IMG/VR virus record: IMGVR_UViG_3300045961_000282
Coordinates: 142,258-206,257 of that record
Strand: one strand, 5' to 3'
DNA: 64,000 bases
Shown: piece after piece, positions 38,276 to 47,961 of the stretch
How the letters are laid out: the number at the start of each line of letters is the position of its first letter
How positions within the stretch are numbered: the first letter of the stretch is position 1
The notes under the pieces: generated by a model
What the model was told of the DNA's origin: nothing
Databases searched by the model: none
Seen by the model: the letters and a program-made list of their open reading frames with translations, nothing else
Made by a program: the position numbers and the translations under genes

Positions 38276-38884
38276 GTGGGTCAGTATTGGACCCCTGTGC
38301 TGAGTTCCGCCGCGTCCGCCGCCGACTTCACCGAGCGCATCGACGGCTGGGCCTACTCCCACGACTGGAAGAACGGCCTCAAACTCATGGAGCACTCATG
38401 GGTCGGCAACAAGTTCGTGGACGCCATCGTGCGCGATCTGGTGTCCCGCCCGCGGCGCCTCGTGTGGGCGGGCGACTACGCAGACCCTGAGCCGGGCGTG
38501 CTCGTCAACGGAGATCTCGCGACCCTGTACCACTACGTCTACGAGACGGTGCACCTCGCGCCGTACCAGATCAAGCCCGCCGACCACGACAGGGTCTACC
38601 CGGCGCGCTATCTGGTCAATCACGACCTGAAGGTGTTCGTGGACATGAAGAACCTGCCCGAGGACCGCGAGGGCTGGCAGATCCACCCGCTGCCGCTGCT
38701 GACCGCCGAAGGCAACGGGCGCGGCGGCGGCGACTTCGGCGGTCATGGCGGGCGGCACTCCAAGGATGCGGTCGGCTCATGGGCGCGCCACGAGATCAGC
38801 GTGCTCCCTGCGTCATCGTGGAAGCGCTTCGAGAGCCTGAAGCGCATGGGGTACGCCGAGGTCGTCCCCGAGTTCATGGAGTAA
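38276..38884 (+). CDS. Phage protein (GLKLMEHSW...HPLPLLT..GNGRGGGD)
   Basis: Conserved-looking motifs, RBS. Confidence 0.8.
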   Translation: MGQYWTPVLSSAASAADFTERIDGWAYSHDWKNGLKLMEHSWVGNKFVDAIVRDLVSRPRRLVWAGDYADPEPGVLVNGDLATLYHYVYETVHLAPYQIKPADHDRVYPARYLVNHDLKVFVDMKNLPEDREGWQIHPLPLLTAEGNGRGGGDFGGHGGRHSKDAVGSWARHEISVLPASSWKRFESLKRMGYAEVVPEFME

Positions 38885-39100
38885 TCCCCCGAACAAGAAC
38901 CCCCGGCGTGCCCCTCGCGTCGGGGGTTCTTCGTGTGTACGCGCGCGCGACCGGCGGCTCGAGGTGAGGCTATGACTTTCTCGAGCCTCCTCCGGTGGGC
39001 CGTATGGTTCGCCCCGTTCCCTCGATTTGTTACGTTCCGAATCCACGTGCTATGCTTGGGGCAACACCGCACCACCACCACTACGACGAAAGGACTTCTC

Positions 39101-39409
39101 ATGGCACTCACCACCCTGCACACCGAGTACGGTCGGATGGACCAGTCGCTCGTGATGACCACCGTGGCCCGCCGCTCGGACGACAAGCGCTTCCGCGTGC
39201 GGATCAGGCGCAACGCCTACGACCACCAGAGCCACGCCATCGCTGAGGTCTGGACGGCCAACGGCTGGACCGAGGTCACCCGGCGGCTGGACTTCGCCTC
39301 CCTGAAGGTGGCGGAGTTCTCCTACGTCCACAAGGGCGAGACGTGGCACTACGCCGCAGACACCGACGCCCGCGCCCTCATGAAACTCGCGATGGAGTTG
39401 GTCCCGTGA
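39101..39409 (+). CDS. Hypothetical protein
   Basis: Canonical leader. Confidence 0.75.
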   Translation: MALTTLHTEYGRMDQSLVMTTVARRSDDKRFRVRIRRNAYDHQSHAIAEVWTANGWTEVTRRLDFASLKVAEFSYVHKGETWHYAADTDARALMKLAMELVP

Positions 39410-39633
39410 CGCCCGATGAACTGTTGCAGCGGATCAACTACCCCCTGCTGCGCCAGCAGCGGGCCACCCTGAGCCAGATCATCGACGTCCTCGACGAGGC
39501 CGACCAGAACCCCGCAGCGATGGAGGCGGCGGTCAACCTGACCGGCCTGCGCTCCCTGATCTACGCGATCATGGACGTGGCCGACGACGCGGGCTACATG
39601 CCCGAGGACGACGATTTGGCGGACTCCGCATAG
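39406..39633 (+). CDS. Hypothetical protein
   Basis: GTGA coupling. Confidence 0.7.
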   Translation: MTPDELLQRINYPLLRQQRATLSQIIDVLDEADQNPAAMEAAVNLTGLRSLIYAIMDVADDAGYMPEDDDLADSA

Positions 39634-39682
39634 CCGTGCTATGCTTCTGCTACCACCACAACAACGACGAAAGGAAGCGACT

Positions 39683-40126
39683 ATGACCTTCACGATCAAG
39701 AATGTCCGCGACACGGCGGGCGGGGCGTACTCGTTCTCGCTCTACGAGGACGGCGAGCGCGTCGCCGTCATCACCAACGACGGGCGCGGCGGGCCTGACA
39801 ACATCGAGCCCGTCCTGACCGAGGGCAAGGTCTGGCGCGATGAGGTCGCCCGCTTGGAGGCCACGCTGACCGCGTGGGCCGAGGCCGTCGTGCCCGAGTG
39901 GTACCTGACCGACCACGGCAACTACCCGCGCCTGACCCCCAGTTGGGAGTTGGCTCTGGGCTACCTGAGCGAGTCGGCGGAGTACGACCGCATGGCCCGC
40001 ACCGCCGGGCCGGGGCGCTACCTGCTCCGCCTGCCCGACGGGCGCATGGGCTACGGCCTGCCCAACCACCCCAGCAACCGCGCTGCGCTGCGCTGGGAGG
40101 CAGGGGATTGGATTCCCGCCGCCTGA
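39683..40126 (+). CDS. Phage protein (NDGRGG motif)
   Basis: Canonical leader. Confidence 0.75.
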   Translation: MTFTIKNVRDTAGGAYSFSLYEDGERVAVITNDGRGGPDNIEPVLTEGKVWRDEVARLEATLTAWAEAVVPEWYLTDHGNYPRLTPSWELALGYLSESAEYDRMARTAGPGRYLLRLPDGRMGYGLPNHPSNRAALRWEAGDWIPAA

Positions 40127-40218
40127 CCATCGTGACCCCCGTCGGGTTGATTTGACAGATTGATCCGACGGGGATTGTGATTCCATCACCACCACAACAA
40201 CGACAGAAAGGAACCGAC

Positions 40219-40683
40219 ATGCTGAACCCCATCGTGCTCGACGAGGCCGCGCTGCGTGCCCGCTTCGAGCAGACCGACGACTACGACGGCTTCTCGGAGT
40301 TCGACCCGATCAACTCGGGGGAGTTCGACTCCATGCTGGTCGCCATCATGACCGCGGTCAACGAGGCGCTGCCGGTGACCAACGCCGACCGGGCAGGCAC
40401 CCGCCAGCACCCGTGGAGCAACTCGCTCGACCCGGTGCTGCCCACCGAGAGCATCGACGTGTGCCTGATCGCTGACCTCGACGGCACGGTCGCTGGGTAC
40501 ATGTGGACCTACGACCTGTACGGCGCGCGACGCCTGTCGCTGGCCACCGGCTTCACGGAGTGGAAGAACATGCAACCCGAGGGCGAGGGCATCGACGCCT
40601 GCGTCGAGATCGCGAAGATCGTGATCGGCCACGTCAACCGCGCCATCGCCGACTTCACCGAGTTCGTCGGGGGTGCCAAGTGA
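40219..40683 (+). CDS. Hypothetical protein
   Basis: Canonical leader. Confidence 0.75.
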   Translation: MLNPIVLDEAALRARFEQTDDYDGFSEFDPINSGEFDSMLVAIMTAVNEALPVTNADRAGTRQHPWSNSLDPVLPTESIDVCLIADLDGTVAGYMWTYDLYGARRLSLATGFTEWKNMQPEGEGIDACVEIAKIVIGHVNRAIADFTEFVGGAK

Positions 40684-41240
40684 CCGAGATCATCGAGCGC
40701 GTGCTCGTGTCCGAGGGCTCGACGCTGACCGTGTGCGACCCCTGCTACCTGATCGACAGGTCCGATCCGAACGACCGGCTGGTCTACGGCCACACCGAGG
40801 CCCTGCCCGACCACGGACCGTTCGCCCTGTCGGCGATCACCGAGGCGCCGCTGCACCCCGGAACGTGGGAGGTCTACGCCCACGAGGCCGTGGAGGGTGG
40901 ATGGGGACCGCGCATCTGGCACGCCGGGCTGCGTATGGTTCGCCCCCCGGCGGCGGACGACGCGACGACCACCGAGCAGGGCGTCGATGCGGGGATGGTT
41001 GGCTTCTTCGTCAACCGCCCCCGCATGACGTACAACGACACGTGGACCACCGACGACGGGGCGACCACGCTGGAACTGACCCGTCTGTTCCAGAAGGGTC
41101 ACACCTTCGCGTGGATCACCGACTCGGGCTACGGCGACGGCGCCTACCCGGTCACGGCCATCTGGTCGCAGGGCCGGATCATTCAGGTCGAAGCCACCTA
41201 CATCGGCTTCGACGGGGATGACGATAACGACGGGATTTGA
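40680..41240 (+). CDS. DUF4241-like protein
   Basis: VCDPCY, GVDAGMVGFF, SGYGDGAYPV. Confidence 0.75.
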   Translation: MTEIIERVLVSEGSTLTVCDPCYLIDRSDPNDRLVYGHTEALPDHGPFALSAITEAPLHPGTWEVYAHEAVEGGWGPRIWHAGLRMVRPPAADDATTTEQGVDAGMVGFFVNRPRMTYNDTWTTDDGATTLELTRLFQKGHTFAWITDSGYGDGAYPVTAIWSQGRIIQVEATYIGFDGDDDNDGI

Positions 41241-41300
41241 CCTAGATCCGACGGGGATGCTAGGCTTCTACCAACACCACCACAACAGGAAGGAACAGCC

Positions 41301-41570
41301 ATGCAGAAGATCATCTACGGGACCGACACGGGTTCCATCGAGGCATACGACCAATGCGTCGTGCTGCTCGTCTCCGACGACGCCGCGATGGACGACCTCA
41401 TGGAGGGGGCCGATCCCGACATGCTGGAGGGCGTCACCGAGCAGAGCCTCGTGACGTGGGAGGACGTGCGCGACGCGCTCGTCCTCGCCATGCGGGCCGA
41501 GGGCATCGACCCCGTGACGCAGGCCAAGGTCGTGCTCACAGTTCTCGACGCAATCGACAACAACGACTGA
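41301..41570 (+). CDS. Acidic hypothetical protein
   Basis: Canonical leader. Confidence 0.7.
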   Translation: MQKIIYGTDTGSIEAYDQCVVLLVSDDAAMDDLMEGADPDMLEGVTEQSLVTWEDVRDALVLAMRAEGIDPVTQAKVVLTVLDAIDNND

Positions 41571-41880
41571 GGGGGAACCATGGCGACATACCTTCGTGAG
41601 GACGACGGCTCGCTGAGCCTGCTGTCGAGGACCTTCCCCATGGGCAAGTCCGAGTTCGTCTGCTGCGTCCGCGAGGACGGCACGGTCATCATCGCCGCGC
41701 CCGAGGATGTGTTGGAGAAGGAGGACGTGGCATGAGCGACAAGATCAAGGTCGAGTACGCGGATGGCACCACGGGCGAGTTGTCCGTGCCGTCCGGTCCG
41801 CCGGACCGCAGCGCGTTCGATGCGGTCATGAGCATGTTCGGCGCGCTCGGCGCGTTCGATGTCATCCGCGAGGAGGAGGA

Positions 41881-42069
41881 GTGAGCGAGTACCGAACCCT
41901 TGGGTTCTACCTGCGGCTCGACTTCGCGCCCGACGGCGTGCTGGCGCGGCTGTTCGACATTGACGACGTGAGCGAGTCCGACCCGCTGGCCGAGGCCACC
42001 GGACCCACCGCTGACGCGGCGGTCGCCGAACTGGTCAGCACCATCACCTTCGACACCACCGACTTGTAG
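41881..42069 (+). CDS. Hypothetical protein
   Basis: GGAGG RBS; follows coupled small ORFs 41580-41735 and 41732-41884. Confidence 0.6.
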   Translation: MSEYRTLGFYLRLDFAPDGVLARLFDIDDVSESDPLAEATGPTADAAVAELVSTITFDTTDL

Positions 42070-42080
42070 AGAGGAACGAC

Positions 42081-42344
42081 ATGACCACCAACGACGACAA
42101 GGGGCCGATCAACCTCGTGTGTCCCCGCTGCTCGAGGTTTGTCCCCAACAACGAGACGCCCGGCGCCTACCCCGGCGCGATGACCCGGTGGGGTGGCCGT
42201 CAGATCGAGATCTGCTCGCAGTGCGGGCAGGACGAGGCGATGGCCCAGTTCACCGTCATCGGCACGAACACCGACCCCATGCTGGTCGTCCACCCGACCA
42301 AGGGCGTGCGCCCGTGGGACAACCCGCCCAAGGGGCTGACGTGA
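42081..42344 (+). CDS. Zn-finger protein
   Basis: CPRC...ICSQCG.DEA. Confidence 0.75.
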   Translation: MTTNDDKGPINLVCPRCSRFVPNNETPGAYPGAMTRWGGRQIEICSQCGQDEAMAQFTVIGTNTDPMLVVHPTKGVRPWDNPPKGLT

Positions 42345-42577
42345 TGCCGTGGACCGTCATCTCCTATGACGACGACACCGGGCAGGTGATGGGCGACTGG
42401 GTGATGGCGCAGGACCAGTGGGAGGCGTTCGCCGTCGCGCGAGGCATGCGCAGCGACGTTCTCACCTTCATCACCTTCGTCGCTGCCGTGCCGGGCCACG
42501 TCACGGTCGACCCGCCCACGGAGACGGGCGTCGTCTGCGCCGCCGTGGACTACCCGGATTGGACAGTACCCGCCTAG
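42344..42577 (+). CDS. Hypothetical protein
   Basis: TGATG coupling. Confidence 0.65.
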   Translation: MPWTVISYDDDTGQVMGDWVMAQDQWEAFAVARGMRSDVLTFITFVAAVPGHVTVDPPTETGVVCAAVDYPDWTVPA

Positions 42578-42627
42578 GTGTTATACACTTGGGCTACCAA
42601 CATCACCACTACGAAAGGAGAACGACG

Positions 42628-43020
42628 ATGCAAGCACGACTCATCGACCACGACGTTCGCGCCCTCGCCGAGTTCGAGGGGGTGCGCGTCGAGACGGTGC
42701 GTACCTCGCGCGGCTACGACAACGGGTTCGAGGTTGATCGCGTCGAGGTGCACGCCTTCTGGTGCGCAGCCAACCCGCAGTGGGACGAGCCCGAGGGCTG
42801 GTCCGTTCGGGTCAACGTCAAGGGCTGGCCCCTGACGGCCAAGGGAACCCGCGACAAGCGGGTCAGCGATCGCACGCTCGTCCACGACGTGCCCTCGTGG
42901 CCCGAGGTCGTCCACGAGGCCGCCCGCGCTGCCTACGATCTGGCGCTGAGCCGGGGCATCGCGTGGCGGGAGGTCCTCGGCGACGACGGCCAGCCCGGCA
43001 CCACCCTGACCCTGCTCTGA
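42628..43020 (+). CDS. Hypothetical protein
   Basis: Canonical leader. Confidence 0.75.
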   Translation: MQARLIDHDVRALAEFEGVRVETVRTSRGYDNGFEVDRVEVHAFWCAANPQWDEPEGWSVRVNVKGWPLTAKGTRDKRVSDRTLVHDVPSWPEVVHEAARAAYDLALSRGIAWREVLGDDGQPGTTLTLL

Positions 43021-43129
43021 CAGCGCAGGGGGCGGATTCGACACGGGTCCGCTCCCTGTGCTAGGCTTCTACCAACACAACCACCACCTCTGCTAGAAAA
43101 ACTGGCAGACCCAAGAAAGGAGCAAGATC

Positions 43130-43861
43130 ATCGGACTCGACATCTACCTGCACAGCCGCGGCTACGCCGCCGCCTCCCGCAAGGAGGCTGCGCTCTGGGA
43201 GGACTGGAAGGAGGGTGACCCCCATCCGGAGGTCGCCTACCCCGAGGAGCCCGCCTCCCGCGCCAGCGCGCTGCACCCGGGCAACATCTGCACGCCGACC
43301 TACCTGCGCTCGTCCTACAACGAGGGCGGGTTCAATCGGGCGGTGCCGCGGTTCCTCAAGGACAACGGCACGTCGCTGTACGGCATCTTCGAGCCGCTGA
43401 TCGGCGGCGAGGATGGCGAGTACCTGTTCGAGGTCACCGACCCCGGCAAGGTGCTCATGGTCCGCGACCGTGCCCGCGACGTGGCCAAGCGACTGCGTGC
43501 GCTGGAAGCGCCGCTGACCACGATGAAGTTCCGCAACTGGCACAACCCGTCCATGTCGGAGTTCGATGCCATCGAGTGGACCGAGAAGAACCTCGACAAG
43601 GCGAAGAAGGGGACCACCGAGTTCGACAAGATGGCCTTCACGGCCAAGGAGGGCTTCTTCGACCCCACCGGGGTCAGGGTCCACGGTGTGACGTTCGACC
43701 CGAGCGGCGAGGTCATCCTCGTGATCCGCGCGGAGACGGACGGAAAGCCGTGGTCCACGTCCTACGCCGACTCCGCAGAGATCCTCGCTGAGGAGTTCTG
43801 CCAGACCATGCTCGACCTCATCGAGTCCGAGGGCGGCGCAACGCTCGTCTGGAGCGCCTAG
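43130..43861 (+). CDS. Hypothetical protein with apparent ATC start ([M]GLDIYL...)
   Basis: AAAGGAG 7 nt before ATC; frame open into ORF 43343..43861. Confidence 0.65.
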   Translation: MGLDIYLHSRGYAAASRKEAALWEDWKEGDPHPEVAYPEEPASRASALHPGNICTPTYLRSSYNEGGFNRAVPRFLKDNGTSLYGIFEPLIGGEDGEYLFEVTDPGKVLMVRDRARDVAKRLRALEAPLTTMKFRNWHNPSMSEFDAIEWTEKNLDKAKKGTTEFDKMAFTAKEGFFDPTGVRVHGVTFDPSGEVILVIRAETDGKPWSTSYADSAEILAEEFCQTMLDLIESEGGATLVWSA

Positions 43862-43864
43862 GTC

Positions 43865-44060
43865 GTCGTGGTCCGCACGGGGCGCGCCTGACCCGGCGTC
43901 CGAGTACGGGAACTTCCATGCCTCGTCATGCCGCGCATGACGTGACGAGGTATCCCGTGCTCAACCTATCCGCCGGGCGAACGACGCCCTCGACGCCTCC
44001 CGTTGGACATGCGGGGCACGGCGGGGAAAGGGTGCATCCGGCCCCCGTGCGGACCACGAC
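43865..44060 (+). other. 196-nt structured element closed by a perfect 18-bp inverted repeat
   Basis: GTCGTGGTCCGCACGGGG / CCCCGTGCGGACCACGAC, nested inner stems, TTTTCTT tail. Confidence 0.6.
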
Positions 44061-44128
44061 TTTTCTTGCACAGGATTCCTGTGCTAGGATTTGAATACAA
44101 CCACCACAACGACACGAAAGGAATCACA

Positions 44129-44335
44129 ATGACCACCATGAATGTGACCCGCGAGCCCCTGCTCACGAAGGCGGACCGCTGCGAGGCCTGTGCTGCCGCT
44201 GCGATGGTGCGCGTGCGCACCGAGAACCTCGGCGTCTGGCTGTTCTGCGGCTCGCACTGGGACCGCAGCAAGGACGCCCTGCCCGGCGTGGTGCACGTCC
44301 ACGACGAGCGCAACCCCTTGGGGGTGCGGTCATGA
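44129..44335 (+). CDS. Small actinobacterial-type Zn-finger protein
   Basis: LTKADRCEAC.A.A.VRV...LFCGSH. Confidence 0.75.
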   Translation: MTTMNVTREPLLTKADRCEACAAAAMVRVRTENLGVWLFCGSHWDRSKDALPGVVHVHDERNPLGVRS

Positions 44336-44685
44336 TCCCGTTCTCGGTCGCCCGCGGGGCGGCCCAGTTCGTCATCGACCTCGTTGTCGTGGCCAACGAA
44401 CTGCGCAAGCAGGACAACGAGCCTGAGCACGTCCACAAGTCCCTGACCCGCCACGAGGCCGGGCGCATCGGGCTGGAGATGGTCATGGTCATGCGGCAGT
44501 CCCGCGAGAACCCGGGCACCTTCCAGCCCATGATGCAGGCCATCATGGACGACCTCGACTGCACCGAGCAGATCGTGGACGTGGCCATGTCGCTGGCGGG
44601 CATGGTCGCGGTTCTGGCCAAGGATGAGGACATGACCCGGTTCGGCGAGTTCATCCTTCGCCACGAAGTGCAGGAGATGCCATGA
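44332..44685 (+). CDS. Hypothetical protein
   Basis: ATGA coupling. Confidence 0.7.
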   Translation: MIPFSVARGAAQFVIDLVVVANELRKQDNEPEHVHKSLTRHEAGRIGLEMVMVMRQSRENPGTFQPMMQAIMDDLDCTEQIVDVAMSLAGMVAVLAKDEDMTRFGEFILRHEVQEMP

Positions 44686-45152
44686 GCGAGCGGCCCACGG
44701 CGGTGCAGATGCTGGAGCCCGCGCGCATCACGCGCGAGCGGGTGGAGCACTTCGTGCCCCAGATCCTGTACGTCCCGCGCAACGGCAGGCCACAGTTCGT
44801 CGCCGCCGATGGTGAGGGCTCTGCGCCCGAGGCTGTCGGCGCGGTGCTGGCCCAAGTGCGTGCGGCGCACGGCCCCGCCGAGTGGATCGCGGTGACTGTC
44901 GATGCCTACGCCAAGAACTTCGCTGAGGACCCCGGCTTCATCGCGCGCGGCGAACTCAGCGAGGCGTTCGCCGAAGGTGACCCCGCGGTGGTCGAGCAGA
45001 TGATCGTCATTCTGGTCGACCGCTATAAGGGGGTCGAGGTCGCCTCGCAGAACTACCGCTACCTGCCCTCCGAGGGCTGGGAGTGGAGTGAGCCGGACAC
45101 GCGGGGCGAGTTCGATGGCGACCTCATGAAGACCATCAAGTTCTACATGTAG
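44682..45152 (+). CDS. Hypothetical protein
   Basis: ATGA coupling. Confidence 0.75.
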   Translation: MSERPTAVQMLEPARITRERVEHFVPQILYVPRNGRPQFVAADGEGSAPEAVGAVLAQVRAAHGPAEWIAVTVDAYAKNFAEDPGFIARGELSEAFAEGDPAVVEQMIVILVDRYKGVEVASQNYRYLPSEGWEWSEPDTRGEFDGDLMKTIKFYM

Positions 45153-45294
45153 ATATCCCGAAACGTCCGCGCCTCGCGCGGAGCGCGCTTGTGGTGGGCG
45201 CGCGAAGGCCCCGAGCCGGGTTGAGTTTTCCTTTCCTCCCCGGCCTCGGGGCCTTCCCATGTCTCACGCGCCTACGCGCGCGCGACCGGTGTAG

Positions 45295-45366
45295 AGGCGG
45301 AAAAGAGAGTCGAACTCTTGTATGCAGATTTGCAGTCTGCCGCCTGTGCCGCTCGGCCATTCCGCC
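45295..45366 (-). tRNA. tRNA-Cys(GCA), CCA end not encoded
   Basis: Acceptor GGCGGAA/TTCCGCC with U73, anticodon arm GCAGA-CTGCAAA-TCTGC, T arm AAGAG-TTCGACT-CTCTT. Confidence 0.93.
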
Positions 45367-45677
45367 GCTGATCATGATAATGCTGCGCTACCACCACGCC
45401 CAAGCCGGTGAACGGTGATTCGTATCACGGAAGGAAAGCCTCGCCTGCGCGCGCGACCGGCCCCGGCGCGCGCGCTATCTCCCGAACCTTTGGCGAACCA
45501 TACGAGATATGGTTTATGACCCTGACACCGGCGAGGCCCCCCCTGCTTCGCCGGACAGACCCCCACCTCGTCAGCGGAGAGACCCCCCTTCGTAACCATA
45601 GATTTGACATGTGTCAGGGCTTGGGCTTACTCTTGTGTCAACAACGCAACACCACCACCAACCGAAAGGGGAACGAC

Positions 45678-46031
45678 ATGAGCACGATGAGCATCGAGTC
45701 CGAGGGCCGCATGTGGGTCCACGCCGAACTGCCCGAGGGCGTCGCGGGACGACCGGGCTACCAACTCGGCTGCCGCTGCGGCGACTGCGTGGAGGCCAAC
45801 CGGGCCTACATGCGGGAGTACCGCGCTCGGATGCAGCACACCAAGCAGCGCTCCGATGGCACGGCTGAGTACCACTCGCACAAGGGCCAGCCCTCCAAGC
45901 GCACGGCCCGCAGGTGGGGCTGCACGCACTCGCAGTGCCTCGCCAAGGCGGGCCTGCGCCTGAACGACGAGGGCGTCGTGGTCGATGCCGTGACCGGCGT
46001 GGTCGATGCCCACTTCGGTGAGGCGGCGTGA
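45678..46031 (+). CDS. Zn-finger protein (GCRCGDC)
   Basis: Motif shared with the 10742 gene; own promoter. Confidence 0.75.
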   Translation: MSTMSIESEGRMWVHAELPEGVAGRPGYQLGCRCGDCVEANRAYMREYRARMQHTKQRSDGTAEYHSHKGQPSKRTARRWGCTHSQCLAKAGLRLNDEGVVVDAVTGVVDAHFGEAA

Positions 46032-46375
46032 TCACGGCGGTCGCGTGGCGGCAGGTGCGCATGGCGCTGGTGGATGACCACATCCTGTTCGGCACGCGGG
46101 TGATCCGTGCGCACTACAAGGGCGGCTCCGCAGTCTGGCGCTTCCTCGTCCACGACTTCGGCACCCCCGAGGAAGCGCGGCGGTACGCAGTCGAGTGCAC
46201 GGCCACCCTCGAACGGGAGGGCGCGACTCTGGTCCCCCCGGTCGCGTTCGGCCTACGCCGCGCAGACGAGGAACGACTGAGCGCCTTGGCCACGGAGGTC
46301 TGGGTCCCTTGCGCGGACGACAGCCCCGAGGTCGCGGCGATCACCCGCGTGCTGAGCAAGGGCAAGAAACTCTGA
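46028..46375 (+). CDS. Divergent WGR-like paralogue 1
   Basis: EEARRYAVECTATLEREG..L.PP aligns with the 46445 gene. Confidence 0.6.
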   Translation: MITAVAWRQVRMALVDDHILFGTRVIRAHYKGGSAVWRFLVHDFGTPEEARRYAVECTATLEREGATLVPPVAFGLRRADEERLSALATEVWVPCADDSPEVAAITRVLSKGKKL

Positions 46376-46444
46376 TTTGACCTGAGCCACGTCTAGGGCT
46401 TATGGTTCTACCAACACCACAACTACGAACGAAGGGAGCACGAC

Positions 46445-46801
46445 ATGAGCACCATCGCTTACGGATGGGAACTGACCGCCCCGAGCACATCGGGTGGCAA
46501 GGTCTACCAGATCACGGTGATCGACAACATCATCGTCACGGGCTGGGGATCGACCAGCACCACCACGCGCCAGTTCATGGTCGAGGCGCACGTCGATTCC
46601 CAGTGGGCCAGCCGCTGGGCTGTGGAGCGCACCGCCGAGAAGGAGTCGCGCGGCTACTCGCTGACCACCCCGCCGCACGCCCATGAGATCGACCCGGCGA
46701 TGCTGGGCGAACTGCGGCGTATGGTTGGCCACCGCGGCGCCAGCGCCCGGCTCCAACAGGCGTTCAACCTGCTGATCCAGCACGGACGCACGGCAGCCTG
46801 A
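46445..46801 (+). CDS. WGR-domain-like protein
   Basis: KVYQI....IVTGWGS...Q......A......EKESRGY. Confidence 0.7.
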   Translation: MSTIAYGWELTAPSTSGGKVYQITVIDNIIVTGWGSTSTTTRQFMVEAHVDSQWASRWAVERTAEKESRGYSLTTPPHAHEIDPAMLGELRRMVGHRGASARLQQAFNLLIQHGRTAA

Positions 46802-46904
46802 GCACGAACCAAACGGATTTGACCCGTGTCAGAGCGGGATGCTATGCTTCTGGCACAACGAACAACCGAACACAATGACCACCACTACGGAAAGGATCAC
46901 CACC

Positions 46905-47861
46905 ATGCCCACCACCACCCCCACCACCCCCGGCGCGCAGACCGTTGCCGATGCCCTGTCCCGCTTCACGGCGGGCACCATGACCCCCCCGGCTGCTGCG
47001 GCTGCCGCGACCCCCACGACCCCCCCGGTCGCCACTGGCTCGCGCATCTCGTTCCCCCGCCCGAACGGCGAGGCGTACTACCCGCGCATCGTGGACGGCT
47101 CCACGCACGACGTGGCGCTGCTGCGCTCGGCGCGCGGCTCGGTGCTGACCGACAACCTGTACGTCCTGCTCTACGGCGAGCCGGGCACGGGCAAGACGGC
47201 TGCCTTTGAGGCGGCGTTCCCCGATGGCCTCACGCTGTCCGGTGACGGCGACACGACCACCGACGACTTCGTGGGGTCGTGGGTCCAGAACCCTGACGGC
47301 ACCTACGAGTGGGTCGACGGCCCGCTCATCATCGCGATGGAGAACGGCCTGCCGTTCCTCATTGACGAGGTTGCCCTGATCGACACGAAGGTCATGGCCC
47401 TCGTCTACTCCGCGATGGACGGGCGCGGCGAGATTCGCATCAAGGCCAACCCGGCGCGCGGCATCATCAAGGCGCAGCCCGGCTTCTACGTCGTCGGTGC
47501 CTGCAACCCGAACGCCCCCGGCGCTCGCATGTCCGAGGCGCTCACGTCGCGGTTCAGCCTGCACATCGAAGCCACCACGGACTACGACCTTGCCAAGGCA
47601 ATCGGCGTCCCGGCCAAGGCGATCACGGTCGCGAAGAACCTCGACTCCAAGCGGTCGTCGGGCGAGGTCGCGTGGGCGCCCCAGATGCGCGAGTTGCTCG
47701 CCTTCAAGCGCACGTCCGAGCGGTTCAGCGTCGGCATGGCCGTGGCGAACCTGATCGGCATTGCCCCCGAGGACGACCGGGCAATCGTGGCCGACGTGGT
47801 GAGCCGTGCCTTCGGCGCGGCAGTCGCTAACCTGCGGCAGGGCGCAGCGGCCACGGCCTGA
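46905..47861 (+). CDS. MoxR/CbbQ-type AAA+ ATPase
   Basis: GEPGTGKT, WVDGPL..AM..G..FLIDE, ACNP, SEALTSRF, MRELL. Confidence 0.92.
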   Translation: MPTTTPTTPGAQTVADALSRFTAGTMTPPAAAAAATPTTPPVATGSRISFPRPNGEAYYPRIVDGSTHDVALLRSARGSVLTDNLYVLLYGEPGTGKTAAFEAAFPDGLTLSGDGDTTTDDFVGSWVQNPDGTYEWVDGPLIIAMENGLPFLIDEVALIDTKVMALVYSAMDGRGEIRIKANPARGIIKAQPGFYVVGACNPNAPGARMSEALTSRFSLHIEATTDYDLAKAIGVPAKAITVAKNLDSKRSSGEVAWAPQMRELLAFKRTSERFSVGMAVANLIGIAPEDDRAIVADVVSRAFGAAVANLRQGAAATA

Positions 47862-47961
47862 CCCTCCCGTGGCCGGGAGCAGATTTGACTCCCGGCCACG
47901 GTGGGGCGTATGCTTTTGACACGAACCAAACACCACTACTACGAACACGAAAGGACACCCC

